Notes under the pieces: model-generated
Seen by the model: the letters and a program-made list of their open reading frames with translations, nothing else
What the model was told of the DNA's origin: nothing
The model's database searches: none
Assembly (NCBI RefSeq): GCF_000143415.4
Contig: NW_003314263.1
Coordinates: 2,792,041-2,856,040 of the forward strand
Source of the DNA: Selaginella moellendorffii
Taxonomy: Eukaryota; Plantae; Lycopodiophyta
DNA: 64,000 nt
Direction of reading: 5' to 3'
Position numbers and translations under genes: made by a program
Shown: in pieces, positions 24,901-37,522 of the stretch
Layout: each line of letters opens with the position of its first letter
How positions within the stretch are numbered: position 1 is the stretch's first letter

Positions 24901-25968
24901 TACTGCCACGATGGCAGGAGGTCGGTATTGCTAGTTCCCTTTATTGGTCCCTCTTGTTCAAGTGTTAGTAAACTGGACTTTGCATCTGTACTTGGCCGGA
25001 TGAGCATAAGGAAGGAATTCCTAAGTGTCTATTTAGCTGAGCATACTTGGCTCGGCTTGTTAGTTCTCTTTTACTCTGTCTTGCACTGGCTTGACAAGAA
25101 CCCTCGCGTATTGAGACTAGTCCCTCAATATCGCTACATGATAGCTTACTGTGTCTGCCAAACACCCTCGCTATCATACCCTTAGCATTAGTCTCAATTC
25201 GGTCCCAAATGCTATTTATGGAAAGTATCCAAATTTACTCATTTGGCATATCTACGGAATGTAAAGATTGGCCTGAACACAATGGTGTTCGTCCCGTGTC
25301 CAAATTCGCAATCTAGCGCCATTCCATATTTAATAAGTTTTGAGCTTGTCCCAGAGACTAACTCCTGGTACTAAGGGTAGGCTTGGGGTGAAAGCCCAAA
25401 GCGTGTGTTCCTCAAGGGGGGGGGCTGTGGGGGGTTCCAAATGTATAGTAGGGATAGTGGGTAAGTCGGGCATGGCCGACCAACCTGAGGCATAGTCTAG
25501 CTCCCGCTTGCGTGCCTGTCCTTATTCTGCGTCCGGCTTGGGTCTAAGCCCAAGTTCCATTCCATGCTAGCTGGTGGAGTACCCATGTCCTCGCGTTAGG
25601 CCACCGGTATGCCGAAATAGTGCCAGACTCCGTTTGGCTCCATTTTGCGTGCTAGTCCTGGCATTAGGATGCTGGTTACTCTAGGACTGTTCCAAGTCGC
25701 TCCGGGCTCTTGTCCCTTCGCTCCTTGGGCTTTATGCTCGGGAGTTGCTCTATGGTTCGGTTCCATCACTCCTTGGCTCCATGCTTGGGAGTTTGGCACC
25801 GTTCCTTCGTTCAGTGGCCCAAGGCCCTGAACCTTGGGTTCCTATGGACACGTGGCATGTGACACGTGGCATTTGTCACGTGGCACAAAGAGGGTTTAGG
25901 TTCCACTCCGTGGTGTTATCCTATGGTAAATCACCATAGGATAAAGGGTCAAAACCACGTGCGCTACA
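18977..25968 (+). mobile_element. Non-autonomous gypsy-derived LTR element (LARD-like)
   Basis: Remaining 5' LTR at 18977-19798, PBS TGGTATCAGAG at ~19801, ~5-kb interior without long ORFs, PPT at ~24823-24834, complete 3' LTR at 24835-25968 (TG...CA). The LTR and 3' interior are homologous to the chromovirus. Confidence 0.9.
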
Positions 25969-28900
25969 ATTCTATGACTTCTTTGAGGCACAACAATGGA
26001 TCCAATAGGGGATAGGATCGAGGATTCTATATGATGCCTCCTCCTCTCAAGGCTCGTCAATCCCTCTGACAAGGCAGCCCAAGACTACTTCTAATGTTGT
26101 GCCAATCACCGAGGGAAACGTTCTGCTGAAGAAAGCAATAGCGAGGGATATGTTACTACTCGAGATGCAAGCAAGAATGAGTTCAAAGACCCAGAGGGTG
26201 ATTTTGGTTCTACCATGAAACAGGTTGAGGGTTCCTTAAGCGAGGATGGGCATTATGTAGCACCCAAGCTAGATAGTTTTAACCCAGATCCTAAATTGGG
26301 AGCTGCTTTGGAAGCTATAGTGATTACCCTTGGTGAGGCAAACATAAGCCAAAAAGGTACCAAGGGCCGTAAGTGCCTATAATGGGCATTTGTGGAATAT
26401 TTTGAATATTCTTACCTTTAACTTTGCCAATGAATTGGAAAGAGTCTCTTTCAAAGTGTGAAACATATTTCAAGACAATTATTTATTTTTATTGTGAAAG
26501 TGTTTAGATTACTTCCACAACATCAACCCAATCTATACAAGCTCTCTGGATTTTGGAGTGCCTGGTGGATCTTGTATTTGGTCCACTCCATTGACGGGTA
26601 TGTTAAAGGGAAGAAAACTTTTCGTGTGCATGTGGAGAACCTAGGAAATCGAGTAGATGATGTACCCTATTTCTCAATTTGGATCCAAATAGGCTCTCTC
26701 GGTCGGAACTCTGGAGAATCAACCGCAAAGTGAAGGAATTTGGATAACTCTTTCGGGCTCATATCTATAAAATGTTTAAACATACAAGAGTTTTAGTTGT
26801 TTGTGAAAATAAATAGTTACCTTGAATGATGTCCACAATCCAGCTACGGAAGTTCTCTCCAAAGTCCTAATCAAAGATCAGGCAGTTGATGAACTCTATG
26901 GGAGGAATGATTGTCCTTACCCGAAAGACATATAACAAAGCATCTGTCCCAATGAGTGGAAGCCCACCTAACAATACTGGACTCTTGTAAAGCCTCTAAC
27001 AAGCTTCCATGCACATTGAGTGTTGGAGGCCATCTCAGAGTAAGTCTCCCACTACATTTGGCTTGATGAATAGGTAATGCCAGACCACCGCAGCCACGCA
27101 TGCCTCCATAGCCTGCTCATAACCTTCACCAAGTTCGGTGAGTCTAGACTCAAGCACTGCATTGTAGTTGGTAATTGCAGGGTTCTCTATGATGGAATCC
27201 ATAGAGTTGCGCTGATTGCCCTCCTCCTTTAAGCTTGATGCACCTCGCAATTGGTTGAGTGCATTCCAGATATGCGACATGCATGCCTTGAGGTCCATCT
27301 CATATAGTCCTCTTCGGGCAAGTTGTCGGTCATTCTCGTCTGGAACCTCTCCAGCTGCAATTGCCAATGTTGCAATTGTACATCGGTGAGATACCTATGC
27401 ATTACATTCGAACGCTTGGAATAGCAACCATCCCACAAAGATAGCCTATGCATATAAAAATGAGGAGCATATAAAACTTGTGCTTTAAACTTAACTTACC
27501 ACATCCCACTTTTCTTGTCGCAACGTCCTAGAATGCACTGGCATCCTGGGATGCCAATACGTGGCTCCTTCCTTAAGCACAAACAGTCCATGTGTTTATA
27601 ACACAAAATTACTCTAGTGAGCCAAGTGAAAATTAGACTTACCAATCTTAGAATTTGGCGAATACCCTCCATAATGGATTTTGCATGTGGCCCACCCGCA
27701 TCTATTGTGGATTCCTCCCACACCAAAGCTCCTCCAATCTCAGACGCATAGACCACTTTGTAATTCGGTGTGTGGAGATTAGTATTAAAAGCGAATTAGA
27801 AACAACTAAATTCATTGTTTGGTGTAATCTGGAAGGACAAGTGAGGGAACTCCAATTCATAGGCAATCCCTTACTTACCAGAATGCAAGATGGCATAAAA
27901 CGTGTATGAGCAAGTTTGTATGGCTGAAACATGGCCTTCTCGATACAAAAATGATAGAACTTATAATACAATGTTTCAGCAGTGTCAAATAGTTCTCTCA
28001 ATTGTTGTGCAGCCGCCCAATTTCTACGTAGGTCCCTGCACAAAACAATAAGATGGTACTAAGTGCTAAAAAATAGATACACGTACTTCTTCTCAATGAA
28101 CTATGCTATTGTGGACTCAACAATTAAAGGATGCACATTAATACTTACTTCAGCAAAGAGCTATTGGATTGTGTTATCACAAAACACATCCTCATATTGT
28201 GTTTCTAAAAGGCTAAGCTTAAGGAGAACACTCTCCCAATCCTGCCAATAAGACATGGTTTGGCTGAAAAGTATGCGTCGAAGAAATATGTCACCACTAG
28301 CCCAATGGAACTCAGGGTGTTTAGCAACAATGTCTAGCATTTCCTCGTCATTTATGCTCTCCATGCCAAAGCAACCAAGAAGCTTGTGTTTCAGCCATTA
28401 CATCTGTGAGAGAACTTCAGCATCCCCATGTGCCCTCATCTCAAGGGCTGTGGTGGCATCTTGTAAGGCAAAAACCTCCTCATGCTGTAGCATGATGAAG
28501 TTGACACTATCCTGAGTGGTTAACTGAATAGCTTCATTAAATGCATTGGTGGCATCAATCCATCGTTGTTAATGCTCCAACAATCTACATGCAAACGTTA
28601 GTTCAATTTTGAATGGCACAATTTTCAATTATCTTACTCTACTATAAAAAAGCTGTCAAGCAACTCTATAAGAGTAAGTGGAGTGGAGCTACTTCCCTCT
28701 AGAAAGGGGGGTGGAGGCACACCATGGTCTTCAAGGCCTTTACCATCACTGTCATAAACTATTATTGGCCTATCTGCACTTAGAAATTAGAAAATGAAGA
28801 AAATATTCATTTATGTTAATGCTTCTTACCGGCCACATGGCCTAGAGCCACTATCTTTGGTGACAAGGATGTCTTCGGAGATCCTTGGTGCGATTCATCC

Positions 28901-31900
28901 CCACCATCACCTTGTTCTTCAACTTCGGTGATGTCCATGTTGTCTTGTGTGGGGAGAGTTTCTTCCAGTAATGGAAAAATGTCCTCTTCATCCACAGAGC
29001 CTTCTTCTTCATTATTCTTGTCTTAGTTTGGTTCCAGTGTGGCTAGCCTTGGGAGAAATGGCTTTATCACCAAGGGATCATTATTTGCAGTCAAGGTATT
29101 TGTAGCAACTATAATTGCAAAGACCACAACATATATTTATGAAGAGGGAACTTTAAAAAAAAAATGACTTACATTCACGAACATCCTTCTCCTTGAGTGC
29201 TCGGGCCTACTTTTGATAACTTAGCCAATATTTGTCAATAAGATACTTCATAACATTGTATAGGTATATTACTGTTGCCCGGTTGCCAATGGCCTTGTTT
29301 GCTATAGCTCCCCATGATGTTTGAGGAGGCTAGTAGCAAGGCCGAATAGAGCTGAGGCCAAATTTTGCAAACTCGGCATGGGCCTCACCACCATTGGACT
29401 GTCTTGCATGCCGGACAAATGCTATTGGGTTGGTCGTGGATGAAGGTTGGATTCCTGAGGCTTGGAGTGATAGTAGAATCACATGTTGGGCCATGCCGTG
29501 CTGGAAAGGAATACTGGAGTATAAACCACCCCAACAGCATGAGACACTCTAGGAGGTCCACTACCAGCTTGTTAAGTTTTATCATCTTCACAGATGGCTC
29601 TCTTTTTTGCCCATACAAGTGTGCATGCCAAGTCTTTGGGATTGCAATCTACTTGGTGACAAGAACTATGGTGAATGGCCGGGGGACCAAAGGTGTCATA
29701 AACGACATCCCACTAATGACTTTGGATCGATTGCCATGACGTCTATAATGACAAGATAAGGACTGCCAATTGTTATTAGCATAGGTGTGCACTGCAGCCA
29801 CAAGTGGTGAAAGAGTCTAGCACAGTGAAATGAAAATGAATTAAACAAATCCAAAAAAAAAAAATGAAGAGTGCATGAGGTCATGTTATACTTGTGGCTC
29901 ACATGGCAACCCACCTTGAGGGTTAGCTTGAACATATCTGGATGTCGAAGCTCCACTAGATGATGATGTCGATCATTGGGAGTAGTTGTGGAATGCTAAT
30001 GGGGAACTATAAGCTCGCTAGTGTGGCAGCATTGTCAACTCACCCTACACAGAAAAACACATGGAAAAAAGATAGGTATAAATGAAAAACTTACCAAGCT
30101 AGACCACTTGTTGCTTCGGGAGGTAGATGGCCAGGTACTGGCACTTGTACCAGTAGATGGAGTTGCGAGAGTTGTAGCGACTAGTGGAGTTGCAGGGCTG
30201 GTAGCAGTGGCACTATATGGGGTTTCGTGAGCACGTCCTGTAGTTGGTGTTGGTGGCAGCATTCTAAATTGGACAACACTGTGGGTATGAGGCATCTAGA
30301 CTTGTTTATTTCGAACGTTTGGGCTGCTACTTTCCAAGGAAGGTGAGGAGAATGAAACATGTTGGAGGTTCTGCATATGTTGCAGTGTATGCAATGTTAG
30401 GCAACGCTTTGCTTGCTCAAATGTTGTCAGGAACTGTGAATGGGATGTTGTTGGAGTTGATATCCCTACTGCAGAGCTTGGAAAATCAAGTGGCTGGTGT
30501 GTGTCTCGCGGGACTGTTGGTAATACCGATTGCGAAACATCGAGTGCTTGGTTGCATGCTCACAAGGTGTTTCTTGCATAGTGTCTATTGTTGTTGAGGC
30601 GTGTAATGTTCTTGCTTCAAGCCTATAAACTACAAGGGATTGGTTATGCAAACCTAATCAAGGAGAAGTTACCCACCAACACAGTTGTGGCGCTCTTACT
30701 TGGGTAGTGGTCTTGCAATTAGGGGAGTGTGCACTAGAAGCCTTGCCTCTGGTTAAATGATGCGAAGAATGAACGAACCATCGATAAAATCATGTTATAA
30801 AATGAAATCGCTCTATATCCAAGGCACAATTAATATTAATCCCGGACGTGGGAACCCTAAAATTGAAGAAATCAAGAATTGAATTTAAATTTGAAATGTA
30901 CACTAAAGAACACTTAATTTTCTCTGAGTATGGCCAAGTATAATTTTTCCAAAGCTCATTGCTTCACTAGTGTTATTGTAGGCAAGACACTTTCGATGTA
31001 AAGTGGTAGATTTACACCCACAATATTAACCATTGCACACTCCATTGTTAAATCCAAATGAAGTAGATATTGCTTATCCAAGTTGAGTCCCTCCCGATGC
31101 ATAAAAAATGCCTGGTTTCAAATAGTGCCAAGAGCCTGTAAGGTAGCCAAGCACAACAAAATAGATTTAAAGGAATTGTTGTATTCTTGCTCTAAAGATT
31201 ACCTTTGACAAAGTTGCACCTTCGACATTAGAGAGAAATGGTCTAGAAAGGTCTTCAATATCTTTTCCACCAACAGCCGTCATAATCTTACAAAAACACA
31301 ATTTATAAAGAATTCTGTAACATTACCAAAATTCTTACCCAAGCTCTCGTTCCATTGGTTGAAATAAGGTTGTAGGAACATAATATGGTCTGAAGTAATC
31401 ACCACATTGATATGGACGGACCTCGTGGAGGTTCTAGGTTGCAACCCAATGTGAAATATCCTAAATTACCTTTCACATCTACTACCAAGAAACATGCAGA
31501 ATAACAGAGCACTAAAATAGGGTGCTAAGGCAAAGAAGTGTCTCCTTATGGCATCTATATACAGCATATTGTTCATATTATGGGGACATCATCAACCCAT
31601 TGGGCCAATGGGGTATCCATGAGGCATTCAAATGATATTTAATGCTGAACCAATAGAAAACTGCCACATGGACACTGTATTGTGAGTGAAATCTACCACA
31701 GTAACACTCACCCTTTTACGAATTGCACGCCATATTAGTAAGCTAGCTAGCTCATGTTCTCTCTCTTCATTCCTCATCTCTTCCCACAGCAGAGTGTGAG
31801 CACGTTTTCTCACACAATTCCCATATTCATACAGCATTAAATGAAACCACATGTCACAGCCAGGTAACCTAGAGCCCCAGGGGTAACCTAGAGCCCCAGG

Positions 31901-32330
31901 GGGTCACTCATCAATGATTGCACTCCCTCTGAGTTACAGGTTTTTTAAAATGACCCTTGTACACATCAAAGAATAATACACTGCATTCCTGTATACAAGC
32001 TTGAAAACTAACAAATAATCAACCCTTTTTTGTATGATATTAGTTATATGATGAACTCAAAAGATCTATTGTTATATACTTCAAAAAAATTTAACATTCA
32101 CAAGTGATTTGCAACACCCATTGTTTTGTTGCCCAGCAATCTATACATACAGCCTCATTCTTCTCAAGTCATTCACCCAAATGCAAAGCTTTAGCTTTAA
32201 CTTTTGACCTAATTTTACAGATAGCTTGTGGTAGGCCAAGTGGTTTTGGAGAGGAAAGGAGCAACGCACCTTGGGAAGATAACACTGCCTGATGGGGTGC
32301 CGATGAGCCATTTTGCAAAATACAAATGTA
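25969..32330. other. Unidentified decayed, apparently intron-containing coding/transposon DNA
   Basis: Many short interrupted minus-strand ORFs, a CxxC-containing segment at ~29350-29460 and a short tandem repeat (ggtaacctagagccccagg x2) at ~31863-31902. No family recognised. Confidence 0.3.
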
Positions 32331-32339
32331 AGAAAGAAC

Positions 32340-33360
32340 TGAAGCGCTCCAACTTATATACACTAACAAATCGTTAGTATTCAAGGTAATCATAATTATT
32401 AACTAGTAATTTAAGATTGGAACTCTAACAGTAACTTCCAAGCATATGTATATATCTCAAACGATACGTGAAATACACATTACGATTGTTGACTCAACAA
32501 TGCTCCATCCAGCCCGTCATGACCTCTAAAGTCTTGTCAAAGGACCACCTTCACGACTGGCATTGTCCAGGAGTTCTTGCTGAACCAAGTTTGCCGCTGT
32601 TTTTCTAGCCGTTGTTTGGAACCAATGTTAATCAACAATGAGAATACTAACAAGTCGTTAGTATTCAAGGTTCAGAATTATTAGTAGCGACCATGCAATG
32701 ACACGGTATGACTGTTGACTCAATAGTCCTCCATCCAGCCAGTCATGAGGATCCAAAAGGCCTCACAGAAAAGTCTTGTCAAAGGACGACCTTGACGACT
32801 GGCGTTATCCAGAGTCCTTGCTGTTCCAAGTCACAGGCTTTTGTTTTCATTCTTTTTCCGTCCATATTGCTGCCTAATTTTGCCACTTTTTCTAGCAGCC
32901 GTTTGGCTTATGCTCCCACGTCTTCACAGCTCCGGATCTCCTCAAGAGATGACAGAGTGACATCAAGAGTCATTACATTGGTTTCTTTGTCATGCTCACC
33001 GTAGTGGACCTTATTCTAGAACATTGCACTTTTCTAAGTTACATACTTGTAGTCATAAAGTCCCAAACAGATGATTAGTTTTCTGTATCTGCAAGTTTGG
33101 ATTAATTTACTTAAGTTCTTGGGCCGAATAACTAGATGCATTTAATAACTATTTAGAGTTTGTTGCTTATTCAGTACTAACCATAATTTATTTGTTGTAA
33201 GTAGTAACTTCCATAGAACTAAGGCTAGAAGTAAAAGTTGTTGCCTATTTATGTTATAACACCACACCAAAATAGATGGTATGTGATCACCCGAGAATGA
33301 AAAATGGATGATCATAATGCATTTAATAATCTATATTTAGCATTTAAAACTCCCTAAGAT
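32340..33360 (-). repeat. Inverted copy of the permease-MTPSL intergenic / MTPSL upstream region, with no MTPSL coding sequence attached
   Basis: 32437-32525 is the reverse complement of 37523-37608. ~32810-33360 is the reverse complement of ~43705-44290. Confidence 0.8.
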
Positions 33361-33630
33361 TTACTACTGATCAAGATCGTAAACTTTCAACTTAGAACTT
33401 GTATCAATTAACTCTACTTAGAGTCTTAGATTCTCCAGTGATTAATGTTTTTCCTTATTCACATGTTAAAGCTTTTAACAATTGAAAGAAAATCAATTCA
33501 TATAAATTATAATAAGAGTACTTTGTTAATATTAAAATTTAAAAGGGTAATGTTTAATGACAGAACTAAGCTATACCTGGATCATTCTCTAGATCTTTCA
33601 AATGGATTCATTCCATGTTATGTTTTACAG

Positions 33631-35394
33631 ATCGCTGAAATTCTGCTCACAGTTCCCTTTTCTTATGCACAAGCAGGTCTGCCCTCCGCAATAGCATTTC
33701 AGGTGCTCCACGCACTGATGGGAGTTTACATAATTAACATCCTCTAGTACCTGACATATCAGAAGAAGCAAAGCCTTCCGCTCCCACTGTACAACCAAAA
33801 GCGCAATACTCAGGTAAATTATACTTTTAGCTCAGACTCTACTCAGGTTGGTGATTCGTTTTCTTCTTTTATAGCTGCATGAGGTGTTGGGCTTTTAGGC
33901 AAATGGTGTGCAACTCTTGTATTGATGGTGCCGTATCTGTTCGTTGTGTGTGTTATTCAGCTTGCTGGCTGTAGCAAGTGATTTAGTTCTTTGTAGACTT
34001 CGCCTTATTCTGCTTATAACTTGCAGTATGATATGGCAGCATTGTCTTTGAAATGATCAACTTACAAAAAGAACATGGACTGTGATATTTGGCGCCCTCT
34101 TCTCCCTGTCCATTATTCTGCCATCCGCTCAAAACTACAGAGCTTGGTCTTTTCTGGGAGTCATTGCGACTGTTTATACTTCATGTTATCTGGGACTTGC
34201 AGCACTATTCCATGGAAAGGCAAGTGTCTCTATATAATTCTCTTTCAGTAGTATCATCATCTTTGTCGTGAAGGTCTCAGATGTTCAAATGTCTCTTGCT
34301 CCCTGTGGCTATACAGGATATTTTAGTGCTCTCAGCAATTTTCTGGAAGTTGGAACAAAGATAAGACCTGTGTAAGCATTTTTTAAGCGGGTCATCGTCA
34401 TTTCTATTTTATTTATAGACTTTTAAACTTTGATTTTCCAGAGAGGACGCAATGTGGAAACCGGAAGACTTCAAAACTCCCTGGTTTTACGGCATGATTT
34501 ATGTTTTAATGGTGACTATGCCAGCAAGCATGACTATCTATGGGGTCTTTGGCGACCAGACGTTGTCACATCCGTCTGCTTTGAAGTTGTTTCCAAAGTC
34601 AAAGTTTCGGGACAAGCTCAAGTCTTCGGATGGCTTGCTCCCTTCTGGCCACAAACGTTATTGTAAAAAAAGAGCGTGTATATTTTTGTTTTTCCTTCTT
34701 GAAGGTTCTATCAGAATTCCTTCTTCCTTGTGTGGAATCGTCGGGCTCAAAACCACCACTGGTCGCACGACATGCCGCGGGATTGCAATTTTGTTGCTTC
34801 TGCACCAGGCAATTAGCTTTTACAGTTTTCCATCTTGGTATGGACCTCATCACCTGTCATTCGCTGTTCGTTCTGTTCAAACAGAACGAACAGCGAATGA
34901 CAGGTGATGAGGTCCATACCAAGCATTCTGAGCTCCCCACTCTACCTGTTCTGCGAGAAGTTTTTCAAAGTCCAAGACTCACCAAGCTTCACAAGGAGAA
35001 CTTTGTTGAGAGTACCTGACATGTTTCTAGCAATCTGGTTAGCCGCTCTTGCATTCCCTTTCCTTCAAGTCTCAGCTCCTCATGCCATATTCGGAGCCTG
35101 CATCATTCCTTGGATTGCTTACATCGTGATATTCTGGGAGAAAGCTTTGAGTGGTGTAAGTTAAGCTCAACTCAACCTCTTACTCCTTCCTACACCACAA
35201 TTTCTCATTTTTACTCCAGGTGCTCCAACCTGCCTTTCCGAAGTTGAGCTGGGAAAAAACCTTCAGCATAAACCTGAAGCATTATAATCTGGATGGCAGC
35301 GATGAGCGGACTCGCATTATGGGCCAGCATAACAGTCCACACAAGACAAGGTGAACAAGTCGGCATATTCACAAAATGTTACATTTGCAAGTAA
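33631..35394 (+). pseudogene. Divergent AUX1/LAX-like permease, copy 2 (pseudogene)
   Basis: Exon 1 is absent, there are deletions and frameshifts, the exon 5 acceptor is mutated, and a foreign insert sits in exon 6. Ends TKCYICK*. Confidence 0.85.
34615..34782 (+). other. Captured amidase-signature (FAAH-like) gene fragment inside permease copy 2
   Basis: The insert interrupts cgggac|attgca. It contains a T-rich intron end and an exon reading GSIRIPSSLCGIVGLKTTTGRT. Confidence 0.75.
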
Positions 35395-35504
35395 GCAATC
35401 GAAAAGCCACAATGCATATGGTTATGTTTACGCGAAAACTCGATCTTTCAAAACTTTTGACCTAATTTTAAAACATTCATAATTTTTTTTGACAATAGTC
35501 AGAT

Positions 35505-35632
35505 AGAGCTGAGGTTTGTTACAAAACTGGCGTCCATTTGCTTTAATGAGGGCCATTGTTCCTGCTGTAATCCCAGTCCAAACCACAGAGTAGAAGAACT
35601 GGAATATGTCGTGACCGACTGTCATGCAAACT
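35505..35632 (-). pseudogene. SAC phosphatase last-exon remnant
   Basis: VGHDIFQFFYSVVWTGITAGTMALIKANGRQFCNKP, truncated at a (GA)n tract just before the J-domain gene. Confidence 0.7.
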
Positions 35633-35678
35633 TGGGCGCGAGAGAGAGAGAGAGAGAGAGAGGGGTTTCTTCGCGGAG

Positions 35679-37058
35679 ATGGCGGCTTCTTCGCTGCGCG
35701 AGAGAGGCAACAGGCATTTCTGGAGCGACTCGGAGAATCTCTCGCCCCTGGTGAGGTATGATCGATTGAGCAAGGCAGTGGCGGACTACTCCTCTGCTCT
35801 CTCTCACCTCGATCGATCTTCCCATGGCTCTGGCGATGGCGATGAGCACCGCGCCGAGAGATCCAGGTGCCACAAGAACCTGGCGTCGGCGCACAGGCGG
35901 CTAGCGATGGTGGCGCTCCTCCGCCACGATTGCTGCGGCGAGGACGTCGCTAGTTTCCATCTATCCAGCTCCGTGAGGGATTCCCTCGACGCCATCTCCT
36001 ACGGATCGGGGATCCAGTCCAAAGATTGGATCGCGTGGATCAAGGCGGCGCTGCTGGATTTTGCCGCCATCGCGGCCAGCGATCCAGTTCTCGGCTCGGA
36101 ATCCAGCCTCGCCAAGGCTTGCAAGATCTTCCAGCGCCACCCCCAAGGCTCAATCCACGCCAGCGCTGTTCTTCACAGGGCGTACTGCGAGGCTCTCCTC
36201 CGCAAGGCCGAGGAGATGATCCAGGACGTGGACAGGGGCGAGGCTGTAAGATCCTTCCTCGCTGCGCTGGGCATCCTCAGCGATTGCGCGGCGCCGCTGG
36301 AGGTCGCCGCCACGCAATGCGAGGGCCGCGCCTTCCGCGACTTCCGGCACGAGCTCCGGGAGCTCCAGCGGCGCGTGGAGCTCAAGCGCCGGCTGTGCGA
36401 ATCCATCCAGGCGAGGAAGAAGGGCGAGGATTTCCGCGAGCTGGCCGGGAGATCGCGGGATCCGGAGCAGCGGCAGGAGATCCTGGTCAGCGCGCTGGAT
36501 CAGTTCCGCGAATCGGAGCGCCTGGCGAGGGATTGCGACGAGGAGGCGCGGGTTCTCGCGCTGGGAGGCGTGGGGCAGCTCCTCGTCACTCTGGGGCTGG
36601 AAGAACAGGGCGAGAGCGCCTACACGAGCGCCATCGCCATTGGCGATTCACTGCTCCAGCACAAGAGGAGGAAGAATTTCTCCGAGCTCGTGGAGAGGAT
36701 GAAGAGCGCGTACCAGGCCCTGGCAATGAGGAAGAGGGATCACGAGGAGCTCAAGACCAAAGTTTTCATGCGCCTCGAGGCCAATTTCGCCAAGAACAAG
36801 CACAACCTGTCCAAGTTCCTCGAGTTTCTCCTCGCGGAGCATCCGCCGCCGGGGCTGGATCCCGCGGATCGCGATCGGATCGTCGACGAGAGCGTCCAGT
36901 CGCCACGATCGGCGCTCAAGAAGGCGCTGCGGCTCTACCACCCGGATCACAACCAGAGCGGCAAGAACACGCAGTGGAAGATCATCTCGCAAGAGATCAC
37001 CAAGTTCTTAGTCCTTCTACACGGAATGAAGATCAACTTAGAAAATTACTCTACTTAG
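35679..37058 (+). CDS. Intronless helical protein with a C-terminal J (DnaJ)-like domain
   Basis: 459-aa GC-rich ORF containing ALKKALRLYHPDHNQ...W..ISQEITKFL (HPD motif between helices). Confidence 0.75.
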   Translation: MAASSLRERGNRHFWSDSENLSPLVRYDRLSKAVADYSSALSHLDRSSHGSGDGDEHRAERSRCHKNLASAHRRLAMVALLRHDCCGEDVASFHLSSSVRDSLDAISYGSGIQSKDWIAWIKAALLDFAAIAASDPVLGSESSLAKACKIFQRHPQGSIHASAVLHRAYCEALLRKAEEMIQDVDRGEAVRSFLAALGILSDCAAPLEVAATQCEGRAFRDFRHELRELQRRVELKRRLCESIQARKKGEDFRELAGRSRDPEQRQEILVSALDQFRESERLARDCDEEARVLALGGVGQLLVTLGLEEQGESAYTSAIAIGDSLLQHKRRKNFSELVERMKSAYQALAMRKRDHEELKTKVFMRLEANFAKNKHNLSKFLEFLLAEHPPPGLDPADRDRIVDESVQSPRSALKKALRLYHPDHNQSGKNTQWKIISQEITKFLVLLHGMKINLENYST

Positions 37059-37499
37059 ATTCCCCAATGATTGATCATAGCTTCTTACATGTTTGGGGAG
37101 TTTTAAATGCAATTGAGTTTCACTTTTAGCCTTACTTTTATGGATACTACTTACAACAAATAAATTCTGGTTAAAACCAAAGAAGTAACATAGTTACTAG
37201 CACTTAAATTAACACAAACTTGAGCACAACTCAAAAGCCAGATAAGTAATCATCGTTTTGAGACTTTATGACTACAAGTACATAACTTAGAAATAATGTT
37301 CTAGAGTGAGCATGACGTGAATCTACCAGGAAACCAATATAATGACTCTCAAACCCCATGGATTGATCTCAGTCTGTCATCGTGCAACGATGATTGAAGA
37401 AATCTCATGGCCCGGACTGCCGAGCTGGCTTGTCCATAAACCGAACGGCAGTCAAGGTCATCCTTTGAGAAGATTTTGTTACGAGTCCTTTGAGGTTTA

Positions 37500-37522
37500 C
37501 CCTAAACCCTAAACCCTAAACC
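37500..37522 (+). repeat. Interstitial plant telomere repeat (CCCTAAA)3
   Basis: ccctaaaccctaaaccctaaacc, about 310 bp upstream of the MTPSL ATG. Confidence 0.9.

Noticed and set aside
34615-34782. Functional auxin-amidase / auxin-carrier fusion
   Set aside because: The host copy is a pseudogene, the insert is a single partial exon, and the motif is FAAH-like rather than AMI1-like.
36026-37129. 367-aa overlapping ORF in another frame
   Set aside because: Low-complexity R/G/A/P shadow frame of a GC-rich gene, with no motif.
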